Positions 38,509 to 47,920 of a stretch of DNA of 64,000 bases are shown here, piece after piece. Origin of the DNA: an uncultured Eubacteriales bacterium. Its GTDB lineage: Bacteria > Bacillota > Clostridia > Peptostreptococcales > JAAYPU01. The notes under the pieces are model-generated. The model made no database searches and was not told where the DNA came from. It saw only the letters and a list, made by a program, of their open reading frames with translations. Each line of letters begins with the position of its first letter. Positions within the stretch are counted from its first letter, which is position 1. The position numbers and the translations under genes are program-made. The stretch covers positions 10,183 to 74,182 of the forward strand of contig CAYSBC010000002.1 in the NCBI GenBank assembly GCA_964429195.1, read 5' to 3'.

Positions 38509-40881
38509 TCATTTTATCATAATAATGGTTGCTCCCTCTCCGCCTTCACTATAACCGCCTGTTCTATAAGATTCCACATGTCTGTTGCTTTTCAGGAAAT
38601 CTTGTATGCCTGCCCTCAAGATACCCTCTCCCTTACCGTGTATGATAACTGCCTGTTTTAACCCTGCGAGAAAAGCATCATCAATATACTTATCCACATT
38701 CATAATAGCCTCATCCAACAATTGGCCTCTTACATCTACTTGCGGAGAAATGTTGGCTGTTTTGCCATGGTATATATTTTTAAGACTTGTTCTTCCTTTA
38801 GGAAGGCTGTTGCTTTCATCTTCAAATTTTCTTAACTGCTTCACATTGACATTTATTTTCATCAGACCTGCCTGAACGGTTAAATCTCCATTCTTATCCG
38901 GCAGGGTCACAATTTCACCTTTTTGGCCTAGCGTAAGAACCTCTACTGTCTCTCCAATCCTCAAGTCCTTTGGAATCTTGGTATTTCTGACCTCGATATT
39001 CTTAACACCCTCAGCATTTTTTAATATTTCATTTCTCACACTTTTCCTCAGCTCTTCGTAATCCCTGTTTCTTTCCTTCGTATCAGCCATGCTTTGTATC
39101 TTTGTCATTTTCTTATAGGCCTCATCTGTAAAAGCCTTTGCTTCTTTGACAATCCTTCTTGCTTCTTCCTTGGCCTCTTGAAGAACTTTTTCTTTCTGAT
39201 CCTTTAATTTTGATTTTTCGGATTCCAGTTCTTCCTTTAAGTGCTTAATCTGTATTTTAAGCTGAATAGCCTCATCCCTCTCTGTTTCAGCCTCTCGCTT
39301 GTCCTCTTCAATAGAGGTGATGACATCCTCAAAGGCTATATGCTCATTTTCTACCAGCTTTCGAGCCTCATCAATAATATGGCTATCTAAACCCAGCTTT
39401 TGCGATATCTCGAAAGCATTGGATTTACCGGGAACACCTATCAATAGCTTAAAGGTAGGGCTGAGCGTCTTGACATCAAACTCCATGCTTGCATTCTCTA
39501 CGCCTTCTGTAACCAATGCATATTTTTTTAGCTCAGTATAGTGGGTTGTTGCAATTGTTTTAACCCCTTTTTGATAAAGATACTCTAAGAGTGCCATGGC
39601 TAGTGCAGCTCCCTCGGTTGGGTCTGTTCCGGCTCCCAATTCATCAAGGAATACTGCTGATTGATCATCTGCATCTTTCATGATGTCTACTATATTGGTC
39701 ATATGGGCGGAAAAAGTACTCAAGCTTTGCTCGATACTTTGTTCATCGCCTATATCTGCAAAGACCTTCTTAAAAATCCCCATCTCTGTACCATATTCAG
39801 CAGGAATGTGTAATCCGGATTGGGTCATGAGAATAAAAAGACCCACAGTCTTTAATGTTACAGTTTTACCTCCTGTATTGGGGCCAGTGATGACCAATGT
39901 GTCAAAGTCGTCACCTAATTTAATGTTGGTAGGAACAACAACCTTTTTATCCAGTAAAGGGTGTCTACCTTGATTAATCCGTATATACCCTCTTTCATTG
40001 AGCTTAGGCTCAATACCCTTCATTTTATTTGAAAGCTTTCCCTTCGCAAAGATACAGTCCAGCTTCACTAAAATTTCTTGATTGGCTAACAAGGCCTCGC
40101 TGTTTTCAGCTATCATGTTGGACAATGCAACTAATATTCTTTCTATTTCCTTTTCTTCTTTGAGATAGAGCTCTTTTAATTCATTGTTCATGTTCACGAT
40201 AGACATAGGTTCGATAAATAGGGTTGCGCCTGTAGAAGATTGGTCATGAATGATGCCGCCGAATTTACTTCTATATTCCTGTTTGACAGGGATAACATAA
40301 CGATCTTTTCTAACGGTAACAAGGGCATCCTGTAGCATCTCTTTGTTGGCGGAAGATGTAACGATACTGTTTAATTTGCTCTTTATCGCCTCGTTTTGAC
40401 TGCTGATTTTTCGTCGAATATTTTTCAGATCGGTGCTGGCAGCATCAGCAATCTCATTTTCGGATACAATACATCGGTCGATTTCATCCTCTAAATTTCT
40501 ATTCGTTATTAAAGCCGACATGAGTCCTCGAATGATGCCTGTATCAAGAGCTTCATCTTCCTTTATGTAGTTCTTCACTTCTTTAGTCGTTCTCAAGTTA
40601 TATAGTATTTCCAGCAGCTGTTTAGGAATTAAACTGCCACCTTTTTCTGCTCTATAGATACTTGCTCTATTATCATAAAGTTGATTCAAAGGTGCTCTTC
40701 CCTTTGCACTCAATAAGGAAGAAGCCTCTGACGTTTCACTGAGCTTTTCTCTTACCCTATTGATATGGATATCAGGCATCATTTTGGATAGTTGTTCTTT
40801 ACCCATTTGTGAAACAGCTTCTTCGATAAGCATTTCTTTAATCTTATGATATTCTAATGCTTTGAGGGTCTTTGAATTCAT
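38509..40881 (-). CDS. mutS2: Endonuclease MutS2 (MutS domain plus C-terminal Smr)
   Basis: Walker A GPNTGGKT, DELGAGTDP, and a C-terminal Smr domain (VDVRGQLLDEA...IIHGKGEGILR). Start placed at the ATG at 40881, which has GGAGG 5 nt upstream. The track's ORF starts 12 nt earlier. Confidence 0.9.
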   Translation of the reverse strand: MNSKTLKALEYHKIKEMLIEEAVSQMGKEQLSKMMPDIHINRVREKLSETSEASSLLSAKGRAPLNQLYDNRASIYRAEKGGSLIPKQLLEILYNLRTTKEVKNYIKEDEALDTGIIRGLMSALITNRNLEDEIDRCIVSENEIADAASTDLKNIRRKISSQNEAIKSKLNSIVTSSANKEMLQDALVTVRKDRYVIPVKQEYRSKFGGIIHDQSSTGATLFIEPMSIVNMNNELKELYLKEEKEIERILVALSNMIAENSEALLANQEILVKLDCIFAKGKLSNKMKGIEPKLNERGYIRINQGRHPLLDKKVVVPTNIKLGDDFDTLVITGPNTGGKTVTLKTVGLFILMTQSGLHIPAEYGTEMGIFKKVFADIGDEQSIEQSLSTFSAHMTNIVDIMKDADDQSAVFLDELGAGTDPTEGAALAMALLEYLYQKGVKTIATTHYTELKKYALVTEGVENASMEFDVKTLSPTFKLLIGVPGKSNAFEISQKLGLDSHIIDEARKLVENEHIAFEDVITSIEEDKREAETERDEAIQLKIQIKHLKEELESEKSKLKDQKEKVLQEAKEEARRIVKEAKAFTDEAYKKMTKIQSMADTKERNRDYEELRKSVRNEILKNAEGVKNIEVRNTKIPKDLRIGETVEVLTLGQKGEIVTLPDKNGDLTVQAGLMKINVNVKQLRKFEDESNSLPKGRTSLKNIYHGKTANISPQVDVRGQLLDEAIMNVDKYIDDAFLAGLKQAVIIHGKGEGILRAGIQDFLKSNRHVESYRTGGYSEGGEGATIIMIK

Positions 40882-40949
40882 CGTTTCCTCCATAACTCAA
40901 ACGGGCTGCTTAAATTTTAACCAGCCCTAACAAACTTACTTTTATTTTT

Positions 40950-41573
40950 CTATCTTTCAACAAGTTTATGTAAATCATCAAGTTCCTTTTTTAATTGGAC
41001 GTTGGCCATTTCTGTATCAAAATAAGCATTTTCTATCTCTTGCTTGGACTTCATCAATTCTTGAATTTCTCTTTCTTTTTCTTCTGCCTCCGACATATAA
41101 AATGACAATTCTTCTTTAAGCTTGTCCAATTCTTTTTTTAAGGACTCATATTTGCTATTATGCCCATCTATTTCTGATTGAAGGGATTGATTTTGTTGAA
41201 CCTTATCTTCCAGTTCATACTTGATGGTGTTGATTTCATTGACATCTCTTTCTTTATCTTGCTTATACTGCAAATAACTATTCTTTAATTCTCTTAAATT
41301 GTTATCTTTATTCTTTAATTCTACAGAATACCTGTCTAGCTTAACACGGGTATTTTTAAGTTCCTGCCCTGTTTTGAAATATTCATCTGTTATATTGATG
41401 GCGGATAAAACAGCTAACATCTGAGCATTATGCTGCTTTCCTTTGTCTGCAATTTCATTCATTTTTGCATCCACATAGCTTGCTAAGCTGAGCATATATT
41501 CCTTTGAAGCATCTCCTGCTATCCTATAATCTTGTCCATAAATTCTAACATTTACTTTCAATTTTTCTTCCAT
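40950..41573 (-). CDS. zapA: ZapA-like cell division protein with a long coiled-coil extension
   Basis: 207 aa. N-terminal ZapA fold pattern (VNVRIYGQDYRIAGD...YMLSLASYVD) followed by about 120 aa of heptad-rich K/E sequence. Confidence 0.7.
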   Translation of the reverse strand: MEEKLKVNVRIYGQDYRIAGDASKEYMLSLASYVDAKMNEIADKGKQHNAQMLAVLSAINITDEYFKTGQELKNTRVKLDRYSVELKNKDNNLRELKNSYLQYKQDKERDVNEINTIKYELEDKVQQNQSLQSEIDGHNSKYESLKKELDKLKEELSFYMSEAEEKEREIQELMKSKQEIENAYFDTEMANVQLKKELDDLHKLVER

Positions 41574-41664
41574 GGAAACATCTCCCTCTCAGTATACCTA
41601 TACATCTGTTTCATTCAATTTTATATTATTTTCAACAATATATCAATGTCAAAGGCCTAAAATG

Positions 41665-42135
41665 TCAATTCAATAGCTCTTTCGAAATAAAAAGAGTGTC
41701 GCTGTTTTTATTTCGAAAGATGAGTACAAATTCCACCTGCCCAGTGTTTAAATCATTTTGCTTATAATCATACACAAAGTCATGACTTTTGTAAAATTCG
41801 AGAGCCTTTCTATTTTTTTCATAGACTGAAACGGCCAACAGATTATAGCATGTCTTTACATAATCGATTAATTGACTACCGATTCCTCTGCTCTGATACT
41901 TTTCATCAATAAATAAGGCGCCAATTGTATCTTCCGATAATATGGAGACAAAGCCTACTACCTTTTCATCCTTAAGATACACATAGGTTACAGCCTGAGG
42001 TATATATTCTGATCTGACAACTTCCTCTGCTCTTCTCCAGTAATCCTCATCGATAAAATGGTGAGCCTTGATCGTAGTTGAAAGCCAAATAGCCATGACT
42101 TCATCTAAATCCTTTTCCATGAATCTCCTGATCAT
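41665..42135 (-). CDS. GNAT-family N-acetyltransferase
   Basis: 156 aa. Acetyl-CoA binding motif YQSRGIGSQLI. Confidence 0.8.
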   Translation of the reverse strand: MIRRFMEKDLDEVMAIWLSTTIKAHHFIDEDYWRRAEEVVRSEYIPQAVTYVYLKDEKVVGFVSILSEDTIGALFIDEKYQSRGIGSQLIDYVKTCYNLLAVSVYEKNRKALEFYKSHDFVYDYKQNDLNTGQVEFVLIFRNKNSDTLFISKELLN

Positions 42136-42147
42136 TTTGGTGAACTC

Positions 42148-42930
42148 CTATAAAATAATTTGATTTCTTTTATTATAAAGTGTTTTATAACCAAAGTGTA
42201 AAGAACAAAATACAGTTAAGCAAACCGATGTACAAATAGCAATCATAATGGAGATTTGATAGGTAATGGCTGTTGTAGGAAGTGTCCCCGACAATATTTG
42301 TCCGGTCATCATTCCAGGCAACGAAACAATACCCATTCCCAGCATTCCATTTATTGTGGGCAATAAAGCTGTTTCCAATGCATTATTGGCATAGGGCAAC
42401 AAGATTTTTTTCGGGGATACTCCAAGATTTAGGAGAGAATCTATTTTTAATTTTTGGCTCTCCACGTTTTCTGTAAAGGCCTTTAAGCCTAATGTGACAC
42501 CTGTCATAGCATTGCCTATGATCATTCCACCCAGTGGAATCATATATTGGGGGTTGAAAATATCCATTCGAATGACAACGACGACAAAAAATATTAAAGT
42601 AAAAAGACCTGATACAGTTAAAGAAATGGATACAGCCATTTTAAATTTTCTATTTAAGCCTCTATTTTTGGATAGTACGCGCCTTATAGAAAAAAGTATC
42701 ATGATGCCTATATAGGCTACAGTAAAAGCAGGATGTGGATTCTTAAAGATATAGGTTAATAAGAGTCCCGCTAAAATTAATTGAACGGTCATTCTAAAAC
42801 TGGCTACAATCAATAATTTGCTCTGTTCTATCTTCGACTTTTTCATGACGACCAGCACAATAATGAGTAACAAATAGATTAAACTAAAATTAAAAAGATT
42901 TAATTGTACAACTTGTTGCATTCTCACCAC
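42148..42930 (-). CDS. ABC transporter permease, FetB/YbbM family
   Basis: 260 aa polytopic protein. Overlaps the 3' end of the upstream ATPase gene by 7 nt. Confidence 0.7.
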   Translation of the reverse strand: MVRMQQVVQLNLFNFSLIYLLLIIVLVVMKKSKIEQSKLLIVASFRMTVQLILAGLLLTYIFKNPHPAFTVAYIGIMILFSIRRVLSKNRGLNRKFKMAVSISLTVSGLFTLIFFVVVVIRMDIFNPQYMIPLGGMIIGNAMTGVTLGLKAFTENVESQKLKIDSLLNLGVSPKKILLPYANNALETALLPTINGMLGMGIVSLPGMMTGQILSGTLPTTAITYQISIMIAICTSVCLTVFCSLHFGYKTLYNKRNQIIL

Positions 42931-43547
42931 CCCTTTTTGAGGAAGATTGTTTTCTCTGCGAAAGTTTCAGCCAATGAATTGTCATGGCTGACAACGATAA
43001 GTGTTATCCCCTTTTCCTTGGAAAATTCAATAATATTTCTCATAACGGAATGACTATTTTCTGTGTCTAGTGCTGCAGTGGGTTCGTCAAAAAGAATAAC
43101 CGGTGGCTGAAAGGATAAATAGATAGCCAAGTAAACACGCTGCCGCTCTCCTCCAGACATGGTTGTACAGGACTTGTCCAAGTCAAAGGCTATACGACAC
43201 AAGTGTAAAAAATGGTGTTGGACCTCATCATCAGGCACTTGCTCTTCTCTATAATCATAAAACATTTTAAAATTTTCCCGAATGGTTTTATCAAATAAAA
43301 AGACGGATTGCCCTATCAGCAAGACTTCTCTTCTCAAATGAATGGAATGGATATCCAATATATTCTTACCCTCGTAAAATATGTCGCCATGGCTTTGTGT
43401 TAAGGTTCCATTCAATAGCCTTAGCAAAGTGCTCTTTCCACTGCCACTTTCTCCTGCAATAAAGGTAACACACTTTTTAGGTATCTCCATATCCGGGTAA
43501 TATATTAAGTTATTAAATGCCAAATCTTGAGTTTGAAATAATATCAA
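42924..43547 (-). CDS. ABC transporter ATP-binding protein, FetA/YbbL-like
   Basis: 207 aa. Walker A GESGSGKST, signature MSGGERQR, Walker B ILFDEPTAALD. Confidence 0.8.
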   Translation of the reverse strand: MILFQTQDLAFNNLIYYPDMEIPKKCVTFIAGESGSGKSTLLRLLNGTLTQSHGDIFYEGKNILDIHSIHLRREVLLIGQSVFLFDKTIRENFKMFYDYREEQVPDDEVQHHFLHLCRIAFDLDKSCTTMSGGERQRVYLAIYLSFQPPVILFDEPTAALDTENSHSVMRNIIEFSKEKGITLIVVSHDNSLAETFAEKTIFLKKGW

Positions 43548-43571
43548 TGCAGAATCTCCCTTAAATTGCAG

Positions 43572-44264
43572 TTAAAAACCTAGGTAGAACATATAAAACC
43601 CGATGAGCAACAAAGCTATACCTGTAATGGCCTTTAACCATTGACTCCACGCCCCGTATCTCTCATCGTCAATCAACTTCTTTACAAAGCCAATGGATGT
43701 TCCTACCATAATCACTAGCACACTGTGGCCTATAGCATAGAATAATAAAAGCATAATTCCTCGTAAAATATCGCCACCCCGCGCAACAATCCCAAGTAAT
43801 ACAACAAGCACCGGTGTAGCACAAGGCGAAGAAAAAACACCTCCTAAAATACCCGCTATAAAAGCTCCCAGATAACCCTTCTTCGTATTCTTTGAAATAA
43901 GATAGGTGGAAGGAATGAAACTGAAGATCTCTAAAACCTGTAAAGACATGAGTATCATTAAAACACCTAAAACAAGGTACCACCAGGAATTATTGATACC
44001 CATAAGTTTCCCCACTATAGATGCAATCGTTCCCAGCACAGTAAAGGTAACGGCCATACCTAAGGAAAAGGATAGGGAAAGCTTAAAAGCTTTCTTAGTA
44101 TTATTAGCTCCTGTTCCACCAACATAACCAATGACGAGAGGTATACTGGATAAAGAACATGGCGTAAAGGAGGTCAATAAACCCGCCAAAAAAGCAATGA
44201 AAGGGGCTAGCCAAATGCTATTCTTTATAAGAAGAGCTAAGGATTCAACCCAGGAATCAATCAA
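43572..44264 (-). CDS. ccdA: Cytochrome c biogenesis protein CcdA / DsbD-family thiol-disulfide transporter
   Basis: 230 aa with six predicted TM helices and the two conserved Cys in SFTPCS and FSSPCATP. Confidence 0.85.
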   Translation of the reverse strand: MIDSWVESLALLIKNSIWLAPFIAFLAGLLTSFTPCSLSSIPLVIGYVGGTGANNTKKAFKLSLSFSLGMAVTFTVLGTIASIVGKLMGINNSWWYLVLGVLMILMSLQVLEIFSFIPSTYLISKNTKKGYLGAFIAGILGGVFSSPCATPVLVVLLGIVARGGDILRGIMLLLFYAIGHSVLVIMVGTSIGFVKKLIDDERYGAWSQWLKAITGIALLLIGFYMFYLGF

Positions 44265-44835
44265 TTACCGAAACCCCCATTTCTTTAAAAATCTCAAGGA
44301 ACATTTCCTTTGACATATAACCTTCATGGGCGGTATAAACATGCTCATTTGTAGTTTTTAAGGTGTATATTAACATGGTTTCCGTATCCAATGGATTATA
44401 AGGCTTACCATCCTGATCAAAGAAAAATTGAGTGGGAACGACTTGTACTGGGAAACCCTCTGCTAAGCTTGGATCCTTCCATACATCATAATATTTGATT
44501 ATCACTTTTCCTTGATATTCTGCATGGAGTTCTCTTAAAATCGGTTCCATTTCCTTACAAGGAGGGCAGCTATCTGCTCCAAAATCGATGATAATAGGCA
44601 AACCATAAGACTTTAGCTTATCTAAATTAAGACTAGCCGACTCAAGTGCAAAATCCGGATTTTCTGTGATCGCCTCTTGATTATAATTATCCCTTTGATG
44701 GTTCTTAACAATCCATATTCCAATAATAACAACTAGAATGGCTATAAGAATAATCATTCTTATAAGACCTTTTCTTCTATTCCCAATCAATCTATTCATC
44801 CTCAATTCTATTCGATATTTTATGCATTTTATCAT
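44257..44835 (-). CDS. Membrane-anchored thioredoxin-like thiol-disulfide oxidoreductase (TlpA/ResA/StoA-like)
   Basis: Single TM anchor, CPPC active site, thioredoxin fold. Overlaps the ccdA start by 8 nt. The true start is possibly the internal MNRL. Confidence 0.8.
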   Translation of the reverse strand: MIKCIKYRIELRMNRLIGNRRKGLIRMIILIAILVVIIGIWIVKNHQRDNYNQEAITENPDFALESASLNLDKLKSYGLPIIIDFGADSCPPCKEMEPILRELHAEYQGKVIIKYYDVWKDPSLAEGFPVQVVPTQFFFDQDGKPYNPLDTETMLIYTLKTTNEHVYTAHEGYMSKEMFLEIFKEMGVSVID

Positions 44836-44943
44836 ATATTACCTAAAAAAGCATCTCCTATTATATACTCTTTTTGAAATCCTGTTATTCCCCTGCCGTT
44901 GAATATTCTAATTTCCACTCTACTGAAATATTGGCTTTCCCTC

Positions 44944-44996
44944 AAATAAATACTCCTCTTGATTCAACAGTGTTTAACTGTCTTCTACAAGAGGAG
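44944..44996 (-). terminator. Rho-independent terminator after the permease/ferredoxin gene
   Basis: ctcctcttg (44953-44961) pairs with caagaggag (44988-44996), with an inner acagt/actgt pairing. On the minus strand it is followed by TATTTATTT. Confidence 0.65.
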
Positions 44997-45015
44997 CATC
45001 TATAGCTGATAAATT

Positions 45016-45759
45016 TTAATTTTTAAGGACGTCCGACTCTCCGACTTCAAAGTTATAAACGATTGCCTTTGTTGGACAATCTTCAACTGATTTTAAAATT
45101 AAATCACTCTCTTCAAGATTCATTTCTCCTTTAATAATAGCCTTTTTGTCCCTTATTTCATAATAATTCGGTAAGATTTTTGCACATATACCGCACCCGA
45201 TGCAATACTCCTCTTTAATAAACAATTGGTTTTTCTCTTTTGCATTGTCAACACTCATCACATCTTCCCTTTTAACAAAGATATTCATGATATTTGCCAT
45301 AATGAAAATGGCAATAACAGTTAATACCCATCTAGTCACCATAAACTCCGGACTTAGAAACTTTGCCTCGCTTATTAACATAGGAACTTTAATAACTGCC
45401 CATGCACTGATGATGATAACAACATTCTTAATACTGGCTCCCTTTGATAATAGCATTTTGCAAATAGGGAAAGCAGCATAAATAGGACCTGCAGAAACAC
45501 TCCCTAAAATGAGAGAAAATATACTTCCCAAAAATCCTGATTTATCTCCAAAACGTTTCATGATGACTTCTTTCGGTATCCAGGCTTCAATCACCACAGT
45601 CAACAGAAAAACAACCGGCATGATCATTATCATTTCCTTAAGATAATAAAGACTATTTGAGGCTGATTGACTTCCTTTTTCAGGGGCTACAACAAATAGC
45701 ACAGCATATAAAAGGATTACAAGAAAAGGCAACTTATTTTTTTTAATCATTTGAATCAT
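45016..45759 (-). CDS. Permease subunit (DUF318/two-component permease family) fused to a C-terminal ferredoxin-like domain
   Basis: 247 aa. About 170 aa of hydrophobic sequence, then EEYCIGCGICAKILP...VEDCPTKAI. Confidence 0.65.
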   Translation of the reverse strand: MIQMIKKNKLPFLVILLYAVLFVVAPEKGSQSASNSLYYLKEMIMIMPVVFLLTVVIEAWIPKEVIMKRFGDKSGFLGSIFSLILGSVSAGPIYAAFPICKMLLSKGASIKNVVIIISAWAVIKVPMLISEAKFLSPEFMVTRWVLTVIAIFIMANIMNIFVKREDVMSVDNAKEKNQLFIKEEYCIGCGICAKILPNYYEIRDKKAIIKGEMNLEESDLILKSVEDCPTKAIVYNFEVGESDVLKN

Positions 45760-46268
45760 AGCAACACCCCCATTGTAACTGCAATTATCATAGCGGCAAC
45801 AAAACTTAATATGTTTCGTGCTACCGTAAATTTAAGACCAAATTCTTTTTTCTCTAAAGGAATCGTAACAACACCAACCATGGTAAGTGTTGTTAAAAAG
45901 GCAACAGCAGGTACAATACTAGCACCGGCATCTACAAAAGATCCCACTAAAGGAAAGGCTACAAAAGCCGGTATAAGTGTTATGCTTCCAGCAAGAGCAC
46001 CTACAATTGTTGATAGCAAGGTATTGGTCGACCCGAGGGCCGTTTTTATCATTTGAGGTGGAATAAAGGTTAAAAGCAATCCAATTGAAAAAATAATCCC
46101 AACGATCTCTCCCATCATGCTGCCCATCATTCTCTTTGACTTTTTCATAGCCTCAAAAGTTTTTTTCTTGTCTCTAAAAAGAGTAATAAGAGTTAGAACA
46201 ATGGTAATAATGTAAAATGCACGCGTAAATACATCCATAGATGTCCTCCTTTTATATTTGATATGCAA
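45756..46268 (-). CDS. Permease subunit, partner of the downstream permease
   Basis: 170 aa, hydrophobic. 4-nt overlap with the downstream gene. Confidence 0.6.
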   Translation of the reverse strand: MHIKYKRRTSMDVFTRAFYIITIVLTLITLFRDKKKTFEAMKKSKRMMGSMMGEIVGIIFSIGLLLTFIPPQMIKTALGSTNTLLSTIVGALAGSITLIPAFVAFPLVGSFVDAGASIVPAVAFLTTLTMVGVVTIPLEKKEFGLKFTVARNILSFVAAMIIAVTMGVLL

Positions 46269-46286
46269 TCATTATAAATGTATAAT
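46258..46286 (+). promoter_or_regulatory. Sigma-A-type promoter of the Crp/Fnr gene (TTGATA-17-TATAAT with upstream TG)
   Basis: TTGATA at 46258-46263, then tgTATAAT with TATAAT at 46281-46286. Confidence 0.5.
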
Positions 46287-46332
46287 ATAAAAAAAGGCGT
46301 TACATAAGTAACTCCTAGGAGGCATAGAAATC

Positions 46333-46995
46333 ATGGATTATATGCAATTAATGGAAGCATCTACTCTTTTAAAAGGCCTTTCAAAAGAGCAGATAAGTGA
46401 TTACATCCAATTGAAAAAATTTAAAATTGTTACCTATAAAAAGAATTCTGTTATTCATTTGGAAGGTGATCACTGCACCAAGCTGGAAATCATTTTATCC
46501 GGGAAAATTGTCATTGAACGGATTGAAGAATCCGGTGATTTACTGATTATTAAAGAATCTTACCAAGGCAATATATTAGGAGGCAATCTCATATTTTCTA
46601 ACTTTCCTTATTACCCCATGACAGTTACAACACAGAAACCCTCTATGCTATTAGAAATTAATAAAGAGCTACTCATCGATTTGTGTTGTAACAACAAATC
46701 CTTTTTATTGAGCTATCTCCAATTTATTTCCGATAACACTCTCGTGTTAAGTGATAAAATCAAATATTATGTCAATCGCACTATACGTGAAGGCCTGATT
46801 AATTTTCTTAAATATGAAAATGCAAAGCAAGAAACACTTCGCATAAAATTGCATATTACAAAAAAAGCCTTGGCTGAAAAAATAGGCGTCCAGAGAACAT
46901 CCCTGTCCAGAGAGCTTCAAAAAATGAAAAAAGAAGGTCTTATTGATTTTGATGCTTCTTCTATTACAATTTTAAACGAAGCTATTCTAAAATAG
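46333..46995 (+). CDS. Crp/Fnr-family transcriptional regulator
   Basis: 220 aa. N-terminal cNMP-binding-like beta-roll and C-terminal HTH (ITKKALAEKIGVQRTSLSRELQKMKKEGLI). Confidence 0.85.
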   Translation: MDYMQLMEASTLLKGLSKEQISDYIQLKKFKIVTYKKNSVIHLEGDHCTKLEIILSGKIVIERIEESGDLLIIKESYQGNILGGNLIFSNFPYYPMTVTTQKPSMLLEINKELLIDLCCNNKSFLLSYLQFISDNTLVLSDKIKYYVNRTIREGLINFLKYENAKQETLRIKLHITKKALAEKIGVQRTSLSRELQKMKKEGLIDFDASSITILNEAILK

Positions 46996-47028
46996 AAAAT
47001 TGGATTTGTATCACACAAATCCAATTTT
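46996..47028. terminator. Bidirectional terminator with a perfect 14-bp stem
   Basis: aaaattggatttgt (46996-47009) pairs with acaaatccaatttt (47015-47028) around a 5-nt loop. Lies between the converging crp-like gene and the small ORF. Confidence 0.75.
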
Positions 47029-47038
47029 AGACTGGAAG

Positions 47039-47173
47039 TTAAACATCGCCTCGTTTTACTGAATGTTTTTTATTATTAGGATTATGGTTTTGATTCTCTC
47101 TTGTAATAGGTGTTTGTCCATTACATTTTTCCATTCTAGCTTTTTTATTATCAGGTTGACTGTCTTTTGTCAT
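47039..47173 (-). CDS. Small hydrophilic basic protein, 44 aa, not in the ORF track
   Basis: ATG at 47173 with GGAGGAAGAAG immediately upstream. My translation is MTKDSQPDNKKARMEKCNGQTPITRENQNHNPNNKKHSVKRGDV. The stop lies just before the terminator. Confidence 0.45.
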   Translation of the reverse strand: MTKDSQPDNKKARMEKCNGQTPITRENQNHNPNNKKHSVKRGDV

Positions 47174-47184
47174 CTTCTTCCTCC

Positions 47185-47301
47185 TTACATTGGCTTGGCC
47201 TTTTCGTGACCGTATTTAGCTTTACCTTGTATTTCGGGAACAGGTTTTTGATCATTTTTATTTATTTTTGGATAAGGTCTTTTCATACCAGCTTTTGCCA
47301 T
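47185..47301 (-). CDS. Small hydrophilic basic protein, 38 aa, not in the ORF track
   Basis: ATG at 47301 with GGGAGAGGAAG upstream. My translation is MAKAGMKRPYPKINKNDQKPVPEIQGKAKYGHEKAKPM. The stop is embedded in the SD of the next small ORF. Confidence 0.45.
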   Translation of the reverse strand: MAKAGMKRPYPKINKNDQKPVPEIQGKAKYGHEKAKPM

Positions 47302-47354
47302 ATAGTTCACTTCCTCTCCCATGTTATTTTACCCAAATCTCAAGAAATCTTTTA

Positions 47355-47398
47355 AATATAAAAAAATGGTTTCTCTTGTCATAAGATTAACCATTTTT
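47355..47398 (-). terminator. Rho-independent terminator after the LapA-domain gene
   Basis: aaaaatggtt (47362-47371) pairs with aaccattttt (47389-47398). The minus strand follows with TTTTTTT. Confidence 0.6.
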
Positions 47399-47419
47399 AG
47401 CAGCATTAGTTCCTTAAAA

Positions 47420-47782
47420 TTAATTATCATTGGGTTGAACAACATCGATTGGAACTTCGTTTTTAGCTTCTGCAACTTGTAATTTTTCTGTTAAATCTTG
47501 AGTTCTCGCTGTTAATGCATCAACTTGCGCGATTAAATCCTTTGTTTCTTTTTTGTATCTTCGAACTTCATTTTTTAAAATGATATGTTTGACTAGGCCT
47601 AATAGGGTAACAATAAGTGCTCCGAGGGCGGCAGAAACAAATATGACTACTGCTTGGGAAACTCCCTCAAATTTATAGAAAAATAGATTAATAGCAACAG
47701 TTTGGCTATTTATCAAAGCAAATATGGCAACAATAGCACAAACCAAAAGTCCAACAATAAACATAAATTGATTTTTTTGCAT
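47420..47782 (-). CDS. LapA-domain (DUF1049-like) membrane protein with a coiled-coil tail
   Basis: Start at the ATG at 47782 (MQKNQF), with GAGGAGGGG upstream. Two TM helices, then a heptad-like KKETKDLIAQVDALTARTQDLTEKLQ. Confidence 0.65.
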   Translation of the reverse strand: MQKNQFMFIVGLLVCAIVAIFALINSQTVAINLFFYKFEGVSQAVVIFVSAALGALIVTLLGLVKHIILKNEVRRYKKETKDLIAQVDALTARTQDLTEKLQVAEAKNEVPIDVVQPNDN

Positions 47783-47920
47783 ATTTCCCCTCCTCAAAAT
47801 TAGGTTGTTTCTAACCTTCGCAACTATGTTATCATCTCAAATGAGTATAGTATTGTATTTATTATACCCCTGACTTGTTAAAAAAGCTATATTCAATAAG
47901 AATAATTTTCCTTTAAACGT

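Noticed and set aside
43669-43983. 104-aa minus-strand ORF in an alternative frame of ccdA
   Set aside because: It is same-strand but out of frame within a clearly conserved membrane protein. Its composition (Cys/Phe/Arg-rich) is typical of an off-frame read.
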